64,000 nt of DNA from Bdellovibrionales bacterium (GTDB lineage Bacteria; Bdellovibrionota; Bdellovibrionia; Bdellovibrionales; UBA1609). The stretch is taken from the NCBI GenBank assembly GCA_965199825.1, contig OZ241329.1, forward strand, positions 1,856,001 through 1,920,000, in the 5' to 3' direction. Position numbers and translations under genes: made by a program. The notes under the pieces were generated by a model. The model had not been told where the DNA came from. It ran no database searches and saw only the letters and a program-made list of their open reading frames with translations. This document shows, piece by piece, positions 1-10,020 of the stretch. Numbering within the stretch: the stretch's first letter is position 1; each line of letters begins with the position of its first letter.

Positions 1-2283
1 CAATCCGCGTTTTTGATTTTGATTGAGGCTGGTATTTTGGGCGGTGATCAATTGCGCCACCACTTTTTTATTTTCAAAATTGGGTTGGGCCGCTCGACAG
101 GTTGCTGCCCAGTCTTGACCGCGATTCGAACTGTCTCTTTTAAGTTCGCGCTGGATTAAATCCTCTGAATCCTTTTGTCCTGCGCGACTTAAACGAAATA
201 CCAATAGCCAGCGCATATCTTGATCAAGTCGAAAGCTTTGTAAAGCGGCTTTGCCATCGAGCATCAGGCGCACATTATCAAGTGAGAGTTTTGTTTCGGC
301 TAAATTGGCAAAGCCTCCAAAAAAAATCAGCTGCAGGTCGCTCCCAGCTGCAGCGCTCTTTAGCCTTTTCCAAGCGGCATCTTCAATCACCGCTAACTGA
401 TCTTGGGCCTCAACTTTTTCTTGTGCCGAATCCATTGGAATATAATCGGTGACCGTTTTTGATAAAACAAAAAATAAGGTCCTTAGCAATTCGGGATCTG
501 TTTCTTTTTCTAAACCTTCGCGCACCGCCCAGTATCTGAGGGCATAGGAATTGAGTCGGCCTTTTTGAACCTCATTAAAAAGTTTGAGCCAAAGCTGTTG
601 CTTTACCGGGACCTCGTGAATGCGACTCATCATGGTCAAAAGCTGATTCGAAGTTTGGGGATAAAAAACCGCGCGCGAATAATCTTCCTCCAAAATATTT
701 GGGACAATAGCAAGAGGACACGATCCAGATGCGGCAATTTTGAGTGTGGTGTCTTTGATGTTTGCCGGAAGTGTGCGGAGTAAGCCTGAGCTCTCGATCA
801 AGGTGAGTTGCACAAAATGTTCTCTCAAAGGTTTTCCGCCCTGGAGAAGGGTGATGTTGGTGAGTCTTGAGTTCTCACAGCTAAATTGGGCATCGAGGGT
901 ATTAAACCCAGAGGTGAGAATCCAATTGGTTTTAAATGTGCTTAAATCTTGCCCTGATTTTTTAGCAATCGCACTCAAAAGGTCATCAACCGTTGAGTTG
1001 TCAAACGCGTAGCGTTTTACAAATTCAGCCAAACCTTCTCTAAAATTATTTTCACCCACCAAGCGTTCGAGGTGTTCAAACACCGCGGCACCTTTGAAGT
1101 AAGTGATGTCATCATAATGGTCACGGGCTTGCTCGGTCGTGGGCACATCGTAAACAAGTGGATGGGTGATCGATTTTTCATCCATCGCGTAGGCCCGAGC
1201 ACGATAAAGATTTTGAATATTTTTTTGGTTGAGTGCTTTGTAAGATAAAAATTCGGTCAAAGCTTCTTGCAGCGACAAATCGTTGTACCATTTCATGGTG
1301 ACAAGATTTCCTAGCCACTGATGGGCAAGTTCATGAAGCAAGAGTTGGTGGAGCATATTTTTTTGCTCAACCGTCGAATTGCCTCTCGAAAGATGGCGCT
1401 CCGAAAGTTGGGTGGCTGCTGCGGTTTCAAATGCGCCCGAAAAATGGGGAAGAATGATTTGATCGTATTTGGTAAATGGATAGGCAAGATCAAAATACTT
1501 GGTGTAAAAATCAATCCCTTCTTTTGTCACTTTAAACATGTCTTTGGTGTCGACATATTTTGCAAAAGTTTGACGACTTAAAATTCTTAAATTTTTATTT
1601 TGTTCGCTTTTGTATGGGCCTACAAAGAGGGCAAAAACCGATGGGCTGAGCTTTGGACCTGCGGCAAAATCCCAAGTTTTTTCGCCGGGAGTTTTTTGAA
1701 CGACTTCGGACTCTGGCACGTTTGAGATCACAAGATCTGAGTCATTGGTGGTGACCACCAGTCTAAATCGCCCTTTGATATCGACTTGATCAAATGAGGG
1801 AAAAAGTTTGTTGGCGTTGAAGCGTTCGAGATCGGCAGCGTAATAAACTTTTTTGTCTTCTTGATCTTCAAAGCGGCTAAATCCCAATTCATTAGTCGAA
1901 AAGGGTGCGGTGAAGTTGACCGTAATATGATTGGATCCTCTTTTTTGTGTGCTTGCTGGAATCAGAATAAAATGACCATTGTAATTTGCCGGATTGAGAA
2001 CACCATTAATAAATAATTTTTCTATATGTCCGTTAAAAAAATCGAGACGCAGATCATGGGGTGGACCAGACACTACGAATTCGATTTGGACCTCACCAGG
2101 AACTTCGGCTGGATTCTTGGACAAATCAAATTTAAGCCCATAGCGAACATCTTCAACCTGATTGTATCTTGTGACCGCCTCTTCTCGGGTTAAAACGTTT
2201 TGCTCGCTCTCAACATTCAGATTCTTTTTTGGCGTCGCACAAGATAATAGAAAAATTGCGATTAAAAAAAATGACTTTTTCAT
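1..2283 (-). CDS. pepN: M1-family aminopeptidase N-like lipoprotein (runs off left edge)
   Basis: Translated manually from ATG 2283; absent from the ORF track. MKKSFFLIAIFLLSC lipobox, PSFDQ, HELAHQWLGNLVTMKWYNDLSLQE zinc motif (HEXXH-X18-E), ITYFKGAAV, LDQDMRW. Confidence 0.88.
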   Translation of the reverse strand, partial: MKKSFFLIAIFLLSCATPKKNLNVESEQNVLTREEAVTRYNQVEDVRYGLKFDLSKNPAEVPGEVQIEFVVSGPPHDLRLDFFNGHIEKLFINGVLNPANYNGHFILIPASTQKRGSNHITVNFTAPFSTNELGFSRFEDQEDKKVYYAADLERFNANKLFPSFDQVDIKGRFRLVVTTNDSDLVISNVPESEVVQKTPGEKTWDFAAGPKLSPSVFALFVGPYKSEQNKNLRILSRQTFAKYVDTKDMFKVTKEGIDFYTKYFDLAYPFTKYDQIILPHFSGAFETAAATQLSERHLSRGNSTVEQKNMLHQLLLHELAHQWLGNLVTMKWYNDLSLQEALTEFLSYKALNQKNIQNLYRARAYAMDEKSITHPLVYDVPTTEQARDHYDDITYFKGAAVFEHLERLVGENNFREGLAEFVKRYAFDNSTVDDLLSAIAKKSGQDLSTFKTNWILTSGFNTLDAQFSCENSRLTNITLLQGGKPLREHFVQLTLIESSGLLRTLPANIKDTTLKIAASGSCPLAIVPNILEEDYSRAVFYPQTSNQLLTMMSRIHEVPVKQQLWLKLFNEVQKGRLNSYALRYWAVREGLEKETDPELLRTLFFVLSKTVTDYIPMDSAQEKVEAQDQLAVIEDAAWKRLKSAAAGSDLQLIFFGGFANLAETKLSLDNVRLMLDGKAALQSFRLDQDMRWLLVFRLSRAGQKDSEDLIQRELKRDSSNRGQDWAATCRAAQPNFENKKVVAQLITAQNTSLNQNQKRGL

Positions 2284-2819
2284 TGGGTATCTCCCTGAGC
2301 AATAGGAAATAGATATTCGGTGCGAACTCGATTTCCCTCGATATGATAAATTTCGTAGACATCCTCTTTGAGGATTAATTTTTGATCACGTGCAAATTTT
2401 TTAACGGAAGGATAAACCGTCCAGGGGCCAATGCTCGGCGAGCCTTCAAAAAATGCGACCACATAATTTCCAAAAGGAATGTGGCCGATTTTAAATTCCT
2501 CGTTTTCAAAACGACTTTCTTTTACGAAGCAGCCGCCCTCACTGCGCAGTCGTTCGGGATCGACCAAATCTGGATTATCGAGATAGTGACCAAAAGACGG
2601 TTCACAGATTTGGTTGTTGTGTTGTAAGTGCCGTTCAACATCCTCAAGGGTTGGCAAGATCTCATGATAAGGACCCAGGTGAGATTTATATAAAACAAGC
2701 TGACTTTGCTTTTGCGAAATTTTGATTTCAACAGATTTTCTAAATCCAAGAAAAAAATAAAGATAGATAACGACGGATAGCAATAAAATAAGGGTAAATA
2801 ATAAAAATTTACGAATCAA
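2280..2819 (-). CDS. GyrI-like small-molecule-binding domain protein with N-terminal TM anchor
   Basis: HLGPYHEI, FGHYLDNPDLVDPERLRSEGGC, EIY motifs; hydrophobic N-terminus. Confidence 0.75.
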   Translation of the reverse strand: MIRKFLLFTLILLLSVVIYLYFFLGFRKSVEIKISQKQSQLVLYKSHLGPYHEILPTLEDVERHLQHNNQICEPSFGHYLDNPDLVDPERLRSEGGCFVKESRFENEEFKIGHIPFGNYVVAFFEGSPSIGPWTVYPSVKKFARDQKLILKEDVYEIYHIEGNRVRTEYLFPIAQGDTQ

Positions 2820-3360
2820 GAGAAGCTTTCCATTTGATTGAGCATCCCATCGAGGGGCGTTGAGGTGGCATTGGATTTTGATGAGCTAAAATGGCCTCGA
2901 TAGCGAGCTTAAGTTCAGATTTTTGCACTTTTTTTTCATCTTTCCATGAGTCATCAAACCGGCCGCGATATTTGAGTACTTTGTTTTGATCATAGACAAA
3001 TATATCAGGAGTGCAAACTGCACCCATTTTTTTTGCAACCTCTTGGCGCTCATCAATCAAATAGGGAAAGCCATAATTCAAATCTTTCCAGCGTTGATAC
3101 AATTCTTTGGGCGAATCTTCGGGATATTCACTTGGATCGTTCGAGCAGATTCCCAGAAATTGGGCTTGAGGCAATTGTTTGACTAAGCGAATAAGGCGTT
3201 GCTCGATCGCTTGAACATAAGGGCAATGATTGCAGATAAATAACACGACCAAAACTTTTGAGACGGTGTGAGTTGAAAAATGAGACCCATCCACTGCGGT
3301 CAATTCAAATTCTGGTAAGGCAGAGCCTAAATCTTCAAGAGGTGTGTAGGTGAGTGACAT
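2809..3360 (-). CDS. AhpC/TSA-like thioredoxin family protein
   Basis: FICNHCPYV, GAVCTPDIF, YRGRFDD, PSMGCSIKWK; start re-set to MSLTYTP (ATG 3360). Confidence 0.88.
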   Translation of the reverse strand: MSLTYTPLEDLGSALPEFELTAVDGSHFSTHTVSKVLVVLFICNHCPYVQAIEQRLIRLVKQLPQAQFLGICSNDPSEYPEDSPKELYQRWKDLNYGFPYLIDERQEVAKKMGAVCTPDIFVYDQNKVLKYRGRFDDSWKDEKKVQKSELKLAIEAILAHQNPMPPQRPSMGCSIKWKASLDS

Positions 3361-4069
3361 TGGCGTTAAAATCCCTCCAGGATACCATGCCCTCAGAGGT
3401 CTCAAGCTGGCAGGTGTGAGTGAAATCCATATACGTTTTGGTTTGCAATGGAAAGGCATTCAACGCACGAAGTAGAATCTCTTTATTTTGGGGGGTGAGA
3501 TAATCCATTCCCAAATATATAATTTGGTTCATTGCTTGATAAAATAAATTTAAAAATTCAAACCAGGTGTCTTCATCAATTTGTTTTAGACCAAGAGAGC
3601 CGGCTTGCTCGATGCTTTCAGGAGCTGAAAATACATTAAGACCGAACCCCACAATCAAGCAGTACTGGTGTCCCTTAGCTACACTCTCAATGAGCAATCC
3701 ACCAACTTTTTTATCATCTAAATAAATATCATTTGGAGGCTTAATGCTTAATTTTAGGTTTTTAAATGACTGATCAAGAGCCTTGAACGCCGCCAGCCCA
3801 ATGAGGGGAGAAAAAAACGGCTGCGGGGGTTGTGTCATCAAAAACTGAAAGCTTACACAAAGATTTTGCCCGGTATCGAGCCAAGTTTTTCCCGATTGGC
3901 CCCGACCTTGAGTTTGATGTTGAGTGAGGTAACACATGCTGGTGTGAATAAATGCTTCTTGTTTAGCAAGATCATTTGTTGAGGGTAGGGTTTTAAAACT
4001 TTCGATCGGAATTCCGTAATTTTTGGCCCAGTGTTGGGTGGCCAAATATACGGACTCAAATCGATTCAT
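3335..4069 (-). CDS. birA: Biotin--protein ligase, no N-terminal HTH
   Basis: STND, QTQGRGQSGKTW, IKPPNDIY, KKVGGLLIE, IVGFGLNV. Confidence 0.9.
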   Translation of the reverse strand: MNRFESVYLATQHWAKNYGIPIESFKTLPSTNDLAKQEAFIHTSMCYLTQHQTQGRGQSGKTWLDTGQNLCVSFQFLMTQPPQPFFSPLIGLAAFKALDQSFKNLKLSIKPPNDIYLDDKKVGGLLIESVAKGHQYCLIVGFGLNVFSAPESIEQAGSLGLKQIDEDTWFEFLNLFYQAMNQIIYLGMDYLTPQNKEILLRALNAFPLQTKTYMDFTHTCQLETSEGMVSWRDFNANVTHLHTS

Positions 4070-5036
4070 GGACCTCTGCCAAAAGTTTTTTAAGCTCGCG
4101 CTCGATTATTCTCGAAGCCAGCTCGGGAACCACTTTCCATATAACCTCTTCAATCATTGCCGTCGCCTTTTCGCGAACGAGTTGATCGATGGCTTCAAGC
4201 GGAATGGTGGGCTCGGATTTTTTGATCTCTGGTTGAGGCGGAGGCGGCATTACTACTGCTGCTGCTGGAGCCTCAGGCTCGGTGTCCCAGTGAAGAATTT
4301 TAGATTGGGTTTGATCATCAACCGCACCATAAAAATTTTTAGGCGGTTCAATATCTTCTTCGTTCACAAGATAATCTAACGGAATATCAACATCGGTATC
4401 GTCGTGTTTGACTTTAAATTGTCCTAAACTTTTTTGAGTCCAGGCAGGGTCTTCATTTGTGGCTTCGATCAAATCAAGATCTTGATCGCGACTTTCTTTT
4501 GTCAGTGCCACTGGTTTAAACTGATCAATGGGATCAAAGCTTTCCATATTCCAGACACCGGTTTTATCATTTTGTTCAACCGGTGGTGGAACTTCTGCTT
4601 TTTTTGGGGCTTCATCAAATTCGGGTCGATCGGGAAATGATAAAAATCCGGAGAGTCTCTGAGTTTTTGTTTTTGAAACATGATCCTGGACGATTTTTCT
4701 TAAGGATCCCACATCAAATGGCTTTTCAAGTTTGGCGTTGGCTTTTGAAGCTTGCACCTTGTCCTGATCCAAATCCATAAATCCACTCCACATCAAAATC
4801 ACCGGGGTGTTTTGAAGTTGAGCATCATTTTTGATTTCGGAGCAGACGTCGTAGCCCGATTTTTTTTGGAGCAAGACATCGGCAAAAATAATGTCAGGCT
4901 CAAATTTTCGCGCCACTTCTAAAACGTCGAGTCCAATGTTGACGGGACGAACTTCCACAGCATAATCCTGCAGAGCCAACTGAAAAACTTTTTTAATTGT
5001 GTGACTCTCGTCAGCGAGTAAGACGCGCAATGCCAT
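4056..5036 (-). CDS. romR: RomR-like polarity response regulator (REC, acidic/Pro linker, conserved C-terminal helix)
   Basis: N-terminal REC domain; C-terminal IEEVIWKVVPELASRIIERELKKL resembles the RomR C-terminal motif. Confidence 0.75.
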   Translation of the reverse strand: MALRVLLADESHTIKKVFQLALQDYAVEVRPVNIGLDVLEVARKFEPDIIFADVLLQKKSGYDVCSEIKNDAQLQNTPVILMWSGFMDLDQDKVQASKANAKLEKPFDVGSLRKIVQDHVSKTKTQRLSGFLSFPDRPEFDEAPKKAEVPPPVEQNDKTGVWNMESFDPIDQFKPVALTKESRDQDLDLIEATNEDPAWTQKSLGQFKVKHDDTDVDIPLDYLVNEEDIEPPKNFYGAVDDQTQSKILHWDTEPEAPAAAVVMPPPPQPEIKKSEPTIPLEAIDQLVREKATAMIEEVIWKVVPELASRIIERELKKLLAEVHESI

Positions 5037-5130
5037 AAAGAAAGCTAACGATTTTTAAATGGACCAGTCAAGATCTAGCTGTTGTTACTGCGCTGCTTTT
5101 TTTACCTCTCAATCTGGAATCTAAAAGAAG

Positions 5131-6210
5131 ATGAACCGAATTGATCGCTACGTCTTGAGTTTGTTTTTTCGTTTTTTTGCTTCGGGTGTGGTGGTGTTTG
5201 TTACACTTTTTTTGATCGTCGACTTTATGGGGTTTGCGGTTCAACACAATGATTCCCCCTCCAGCGCTTTCGTCCGATTTTATTTGTACAGTATTCCCGC
5301 AGTCATTTATCAGATGGTGCCGGTGGGCTGTTTGCTCGCGGTGGTTTTTACTCTGTCGACGCTGTCGCGCAATCAAGAGCTCACCGCACTTCATAGTTTT
5401 GGGGTCGGTCTTGTTCGCATCTGCACTCCCATATTGATCGCGGTGGGAATGATTTCGGTCTTGTCGTTTTTTTTATCAGACCAGGTATTACCTAAGTTTG
5501 AGCAAAAAAAGAATTATATCAAATATGTCGAAATCGAAAATAAGCCATTTTTATATTCGACGGTCACCACCAATAAAATTTGGTACCGATCCGAAAATAC
5601 AATTTTTAATATAAAAACTCTTAATGTCAGAGAAAAACGGGCTCAAGGCCTTACACTTTATTACTTCGATGAAGTTTGGAATTTGATGCAAGTGATTACC
5701 GCCGAAGACATTAATTTGAACCCACCGAATTGGGATCTTAAAAAAGGTACGGTGACTTTGTTTACCGAGAGTTCAAGTTTTCCGCTGACTCAAGCGTTTG
5801 ATAAAAAAAGAATTACGGTACACGAGGAAATAGGAGATTTGAGCTCTTCGGCAAATTCCACCAACACCTTATCGCTCAAGCAACTCAATCGTTATATTTC
5901 AAAAAATAAAGAGGCCGGACTCGATACGGTTCGCTATGAGGTCGATTACCACTCCAAATTTGGCTTTGCATTTGCTGCCATGGTGATGTCTTTTTTGGCG
6001 ATTCCATTTGGTGTACAAAGGCAGCGCAGTGGGGGGCTCCTCCTCAACTTAGGTATGTGTTTATTTTTGGTTTTTATTTATTGGACCCTCTATAGCTCGG
6101 CATTGACACTGGGCAATTACGGAAAGATCTCGCCCCTGCTTGCAGCATGGAGTCCAAACCTAAGTATACTAGCCCTTTCTGGATTTTTTATTTGGCGTTT
6201 AAAGAGCTAG
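5131..6210 (+). CDS. lptG: LPS export ABC permease LptG/LptF family
   Basis: RIDRY start, LSRNQELTALHSFGVG, 3+3 TM layout, PLLAAWSPN. Confidence 0.85.
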   Translation: MNRIDRYVLSLFFRFFASGVVVFVTLFLIVDFMGFAVQHNDSPSSAFVRFYLYSIPAVIYQMVPVGCLLAVVFTLSTLSRNQELTALHSFGVGLVRICTPILIAVGMISVLSFFLSDQVLPKFEQKKNYIKYVEIENKPFLYSTVTTNKIWYRSENTIFNIKTLNVREKRAQGLTLYYFDEVWNLMQVITAEDINLNPPNWDLKKGTVTLFTESSSFPLTQAFDKKRITVHEEIGDLSSSANSTNTLSLKQLNRYISKNKEAGLDTVRYEVDYHSKFGFAFAAMVMSFLAIPFGVQRQRSGGLLLNLGMCLFLVFIYWTLYSSALTLGNYGKISPLLAAWSPNLSILALSGFFIWRLKS

Positions 6211-6244
6211 ATCTTCAAACCGCAAATCATGTATAAAGCTTTTT

Positions 6245-6850
6245 ATGGCGATACTAGAAATATTAAAATTCCCTGATCCACGATTAAGAAAAAAATGTGC
6301 TCCGGTCAAAGCTGTGACCGAAGATCTTAAAACTTTTGCGAGCGACATGCTCGAGACGATGTACAATTTCAAGGGCATCGGACTTGCGGCAGCTCAGGTC
6401 GATCGTCAAATTCGATTTTTGGTCACCGACACTCGCCCCAAAGAGGGTGGGCGACATAAAGCTGAGGATCAAACCGAACTTGAATCTCAAATTGCTCAGC
6501 CCTTACAAATCTTTAATCCAGTGATTACAAAAAAAACGGGTAAGACCACCTTTGACGAGGGCTGTTTAAGTATTCCGAGTTATTTTGAAACTGTGGAGCG
6601 CGCAAATTATATCGAGGTCGATGCGCTTGATCTTGAGGGAAAAAAAATAACCATCAAAACCGACGGCCTCTTGGCAATTTGTATTCAGCACGAAATTGAT
6701 CATCTCGATGGAAAACTATTTATCGATCGATTAAGTCCAATAAAAAGTGCGCGACTCAAAAGTAAAATCAAAAAATTTGGCTATCCCGATCCTAATACAT
6801 CCTCCGATGAGGATGACGATGCTGAGGATGATCACGAAGAAGCTTTGTGA
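6245..6850 (+). CDS. def: Peptide deformylase
   Basis: GIGLAAAQV, EGCLSIP, QHEIDHLDG. Confidence 0.97.
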   Translation: MAILEILKFPDPRLRKKCAPVKAVTEDLKTFASDMLETMYNFKGIGLAAAQVDRQIRFLVTDTRPKEGGRHKAEDQTELESQIAQPLQIFNPVITKKTGKTTFDEGCLSIPSYFETVERANYIEVDALDLEGKKITIKTDGLLAICIQHEIDHLDGKLFIDRLSPIKSARLKSKIKKFGYPDPNTSSDEDDDAEDDHEEAL

Positions 6851-7794
6851 GTCGCATCCGCACGGTCTTTTTGGGTACTCCAGAATTTTCGGCCTATTGT
6901 CTTAAGGGAATGCTCAAAGACGAGCATTTTGAAATCGTGGCGGTGGTCACTCAGCCCGATCAACCCCAAGGTCGCAAAATGCTTTTGACTCCAACACCGG
7001 TCAAACAAGTCGCACTCGAACATCATCTTCCGCTTATCCAAGAACAAAAATTGTGCACCGAAGAGAATCTTAAAAAATTAAGTGCACTCAATGCTGAAGC
7101 CGCGGTGGTGGTCGCCTTTGGTCAAATCTTGAGCCAAAAATTTTTGGACCTTTTTCCGCGGCGGGTGGTTAACATTCACACCAGTCTTTTGCCAAGATGG
7201 CGCGGGGCTGCACCGATTCAACGAGCGATTATGGCGGGCGATCCAAAAACGGGTGTGACCCTCCAGGTGATGAAAAAAAAATTGGATCAAGGCGATGTGC
7301 TAGCTGATCGAAAAGTTGAACTCGATGATCAAATCAATTCGCTCGAGCTGCTCGAAAAATTAAAACCGTTGAGCAGTGAGCTGCTCCATATCGAGTTGAT
7401 GGATTACTTAAGAGGAAATTTAAGTCCCCATCCTCAAGATGAATCTCAAGTGACCTATGCGCATAAGATCGAAAAATCAGAAAGCCTTCTCGATTTCAAA
7501 AAGCCAGCGCTTCAATTGTCTCGCGACATTCGGGGCCTTGCGTGGGGGCCAGGCTCTTATGCGGTTCTCCACAATAAAAGAATTAAAATTCATCAAACAC
7601 GGGCGGTTGAATCTCAATCTGTTAAATTCGGCCAGGTTTTGAAAGTCGAACGCACTTCCTTTACGGTTGCTTGCGGAGATTCTTCGGCACTTGAAGTGTT
7701 TAGAGTCCAACCTGAATCCAAGCCCCAAATGAGTGTGGAAGAATTTTTAAAAGGCTCACCCCTCAAAGTCGGAGATTCATTTTTAAATGAATAA
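6847..7794 (+). CDS. fmt: Methionyl-tRNA formyltransferase
   Basis: FLGTPEF, VVTQPD, NIHTSLLPRWRGAAPIQRAI; follows def. Confidence 0.97.
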   Translation: MSRIRTVFLGTPEFSAYCLKGMLKDEHFEIVAVVTQPDQPQGRKMLLTPTPVKQVALEHHLPLIQEQKLCTEENLKKLSALNAEAAVVVAFGQILSQKFLDLFPRRVVNIHTSLLPRWRGAAPIQRAIMAGDPKTGVTLQVMKKKLDQGDVLADRKVELDDQINSLELLEKLKPLSSELLHIELMDYLRGNLSPHPQDESQVTYAHKIEKSESLLDFKKPALQLSRDIRGLAWGPGSYAVLHNKRIKIHQTRAVESQSVKFGQVLKVERTSFTVACGDSSALEVFRVQPESKPQMSVEEFLKGSPLKVGDSFLNE

Positions 7795-8431
7795 GATTGT
7801 TGCTCCAAGTTTACTCTCTGCCGATTTTTCGCGCCTTAAAGAAGAGATCGAATCTTTAGAGCAGGCGGGGTGCGATTGGTTTCATCTCGATGTGATGGAT
7901 GGACATTTTGTTCCAAATCTCACCTTTGGCCCACCCATCATTCGGGCGTTGAGGCCTTTAACCAAAAAAACTTTTGATGTTCATCTGATGGTCGATAATC
8001 CCGAAGCCCTAATTGATTCATACATCGATGCCGGCAGCGACATATTGACCTTTCATATTGAGGCTACAAAAAATCCCAAACATTTGATTGATCATATTCG
8101 CAGAGCCAAAAAACGAGTGGGAATCACACTCAAGCCCGCCACTCCCTTAGAGGCGATCTTACCTTATTTAGAAGAGGTCGATTTGGTTTTAATTATGACG
8201 GTCAATCCTGGATTCAGTGGGCAAAAATTTATGACCGATCAAATAAACAAAGTCAGTGAGCTCAAAAAAATTGTAGTCCAAAAAAATCTGAAAGTGTTGA
8301 TCGAAGTGGATGGGGGCATTGATAAAATGACCGCGCCTCATATTTCAGAGGCGGACGTCTTTGTTGCCGGAAATTTTATTTTAAAAAATAATTATGCCGA
8401 ATCGATTGAGTTTCTAAAAACTATTTCTTAG
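7787..8431 (+). CDS. rpe: Ribulose-phosphate 3-epimerase
   Basis: APSLLSADF, HLDVMDGHFVPNLTFG, MTVNPGFSGQ, EVDGG. Confidence 0.97.
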   Translation: MNKIVAPSLLSADFSRLKEEIESLEQAGCDWFHLDVMDGHFVPNLTFGPPIIRALRPLTKKTFDVHLMVDNPEALIDSYIDAGSDILTFHIEATKNPKHLIDHIRRAKKRVGITLKPATPLEAILPYLEEVDLVLIMTVNPGFSGQKFMTDQINKVSELKKIVVQKNLKVLIEVDGGIDKMTAPHISEADVFVAGNFILKNNYAESIEFLKTIS

Positions 8432-8876
8432 CGTCTTTGAGTTCGATTAAATACAATTTGTAATCTTGGACAATTTCGGCGCAGGTATGAAATCCAATGC
8501 GTGAGCCATACAATTTGTTAATTGTTGGATTTCGATCGTTGAGATCAATAAGCGATTTTCCGAATTTAGCGCCGTTTTCAAATTTCACCAATTGCAAAGA
8601 AATATTTTCTCCCGGCTTTGAGGTAAACGCACATTCTAGATCGTTTCTAATATCTTTTTTTAATTCAGCATTGATCATAGTCACCATCGACTCACAAATG
8701 CTCGAAACATAACCCAACTCTTGTTGAGCGAGAGTGGGACTCGAGATGCTTTTGGTATAAATCAATCGTTCTTGATCCAAGGTCGATCGCTTGATAATAA
8801 CCGAATCGCTTGTTGTTTTGCAGGTCAAAGGGGCGGCAAATAAAAATGGGCTAAAAAGCATTAAAAGATATTTCAT
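8421..8876 (-). CDS. Secreted hypothetical protein
   Basis: Likely start MKYLLMLFSPFLFA (signal peptide) at ATG 8876; no recognised family. Confidence 0.6.
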   Translation of the reverse strand: MKYLLMLFSPFLFAAPLTCKTTSDSVIIKRSTLDQERLIYTKSISSPTLAQQELGYVSSICESMVTMINAELKKDIRNDLECAFTSKPGENISLQLVKFENGAKFGKSLIDLNDRNPTINKLYGSRIGFHTCAEIVQDYKLYLIELKDAKK

Positions 8877-8889
8877 AACAAAACTTGTT

Positions 8890-8905
8890 TGCAAATCGAG
8901 AGCCA
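8890..8905 (-). promoter_or_regulatory. Putative sigma54 (-24/-12) promoter
   Basis: Minus strand TGGCTCTCGATTTGCA (GG-N10-GC) just upstream of ATG 8876. Confidence 0.55.
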
Positions 8906-8972
8906 CCCGACTTTGGTCGCTATGTTGGAACACCGCTCCCTTTATTCTGCCAAATTGGTTTAAGCTTTTTGT

Positions 8973-10019
8973 GTGATCATCTATTTTCTTTTCATTAGTC
9001 ATGTGTACGCCAGTTGCAATGCGCGACTTTTACCTGCAGTGAGCTATGAGAATCTCGCTTGTAAGCCGACAACGGCCCAGTTTATCTCAACACTTCCGGT
9101 TTATAATTCAAAAATCTCTAACACTGGTACAAATAGCGAACCAGCAAAATGCCAACCCCAAAAAGTGAGTGTGCCCACAAACTGTCAAAGTTGTCAGTGT
9201 GCTGCGCAAAACTTGCAAGCTTTTGCCAAAAGTCACACCTGTGAGCAGGTGAGCGATCATATCGACAGCATCTCACCTTGGAAGAGTTTAAATGGGCAAA
9301 CTCCTGATCAAACCCGGTTTATGAGATTCCATGCATTGAGTGATTTGGCTTCTCGGCATACAGGAGCTTACGATCAAGATGCGACAAATAAGATCTATGG
9401 TGATTTTCCGCCGGATTGGCCAAAGATGAAACAAGCGATGATCGGCTGTACGGCCGCAATTGAAACCAATGCGAGCTTTGAGCCTCTGACGATTGATCAA
9501 CGAACCTGCACCAAAAAGAAAAAAAAGGTTTTGGCATCCTCGAGCGTTGGAATGTCTCAACAGATGATCACCGGGTACAACGAGGCGGTGGGTGTTGGTC
9601 ATCGTATCAATAAGGTGTTCACCCCATTTGTTAGCAAAATCAAAAGATATCAATCTGAAAATGGACAGAAGATTTTAAAAGAATTTGATACTCTGTCAAC
9701 CGATCCAGAACTCCAGATTGAATTTCTTGATTATTTTTTATCAGTAAAGGCCTCGAGCTTGCGATACCTCAATGGTGGAAAAATCAAAAGTACAAATTTT
9801 GAGATGGTGAGACAACTCGCTGAACTCTACAACGCAAGTAACACCAAAGTGTCTTACGGCAAGGGCGTGGCGGCCTGTACCGAATGCATTTACAACCTGA
9901 CCCAAAAAACTGATTACAACTCAGCCCAACTCGACAGATGTTTGGCCAAAGCTAAGACTGCACTTTGTAAAGAGGTTCAGATCGATCATCCAGCAGACAA
10001 CTTTAAGTGTGGGAGCTAA
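8973..10019 (+). CDS. Secreted Cys-rich protein with lysozyme/SLT-like catalytic domain
   Basis: Signal peptide; motifs AAIETN, SSVGMSQ, DPELQIEFLDYFL, LAELYN, SYGKGV in the order seen in lytic transglycosylases. Confidence 0.55.
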   Translation: MIIYFLFISHVYASCNARLLPAVSYENLACKPTTAQFISTLPVYNSKISNTGTNSEPAKCQPQKVSVPTNCQSCQCAAQNLQAFAKSHTCEQVSDHIDSISPWKSLNGQTPDQTRFMRFHALSDLASRHTGAYDQDATNKIYGDFPPDWPKMKQAMIGCTAAIETNASFEPLTIDQRTCTKKKKKVLASSSVGMSQQMITGYNEAVGVGHRINKVFTPFVSKIKRYQSENGQKILKEFDTLSTDPELQIEFLDYFLSVKASSLRYLNGGKIKSTNFEMVRQLAELYNASNTKVSYGKGVAACTECIYNLTQKTDYNSAQLDRCLAKAKTALCKEVQIDHPADNFKCGS

Positions 10020-10020
10020 T

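Noticed and set aside
565..1581. Short ORFs suggesting a fragmented or pseudogene region
   Set aside because: They are shadows of the continuous minus-strand pepN frame, which I read without stops.
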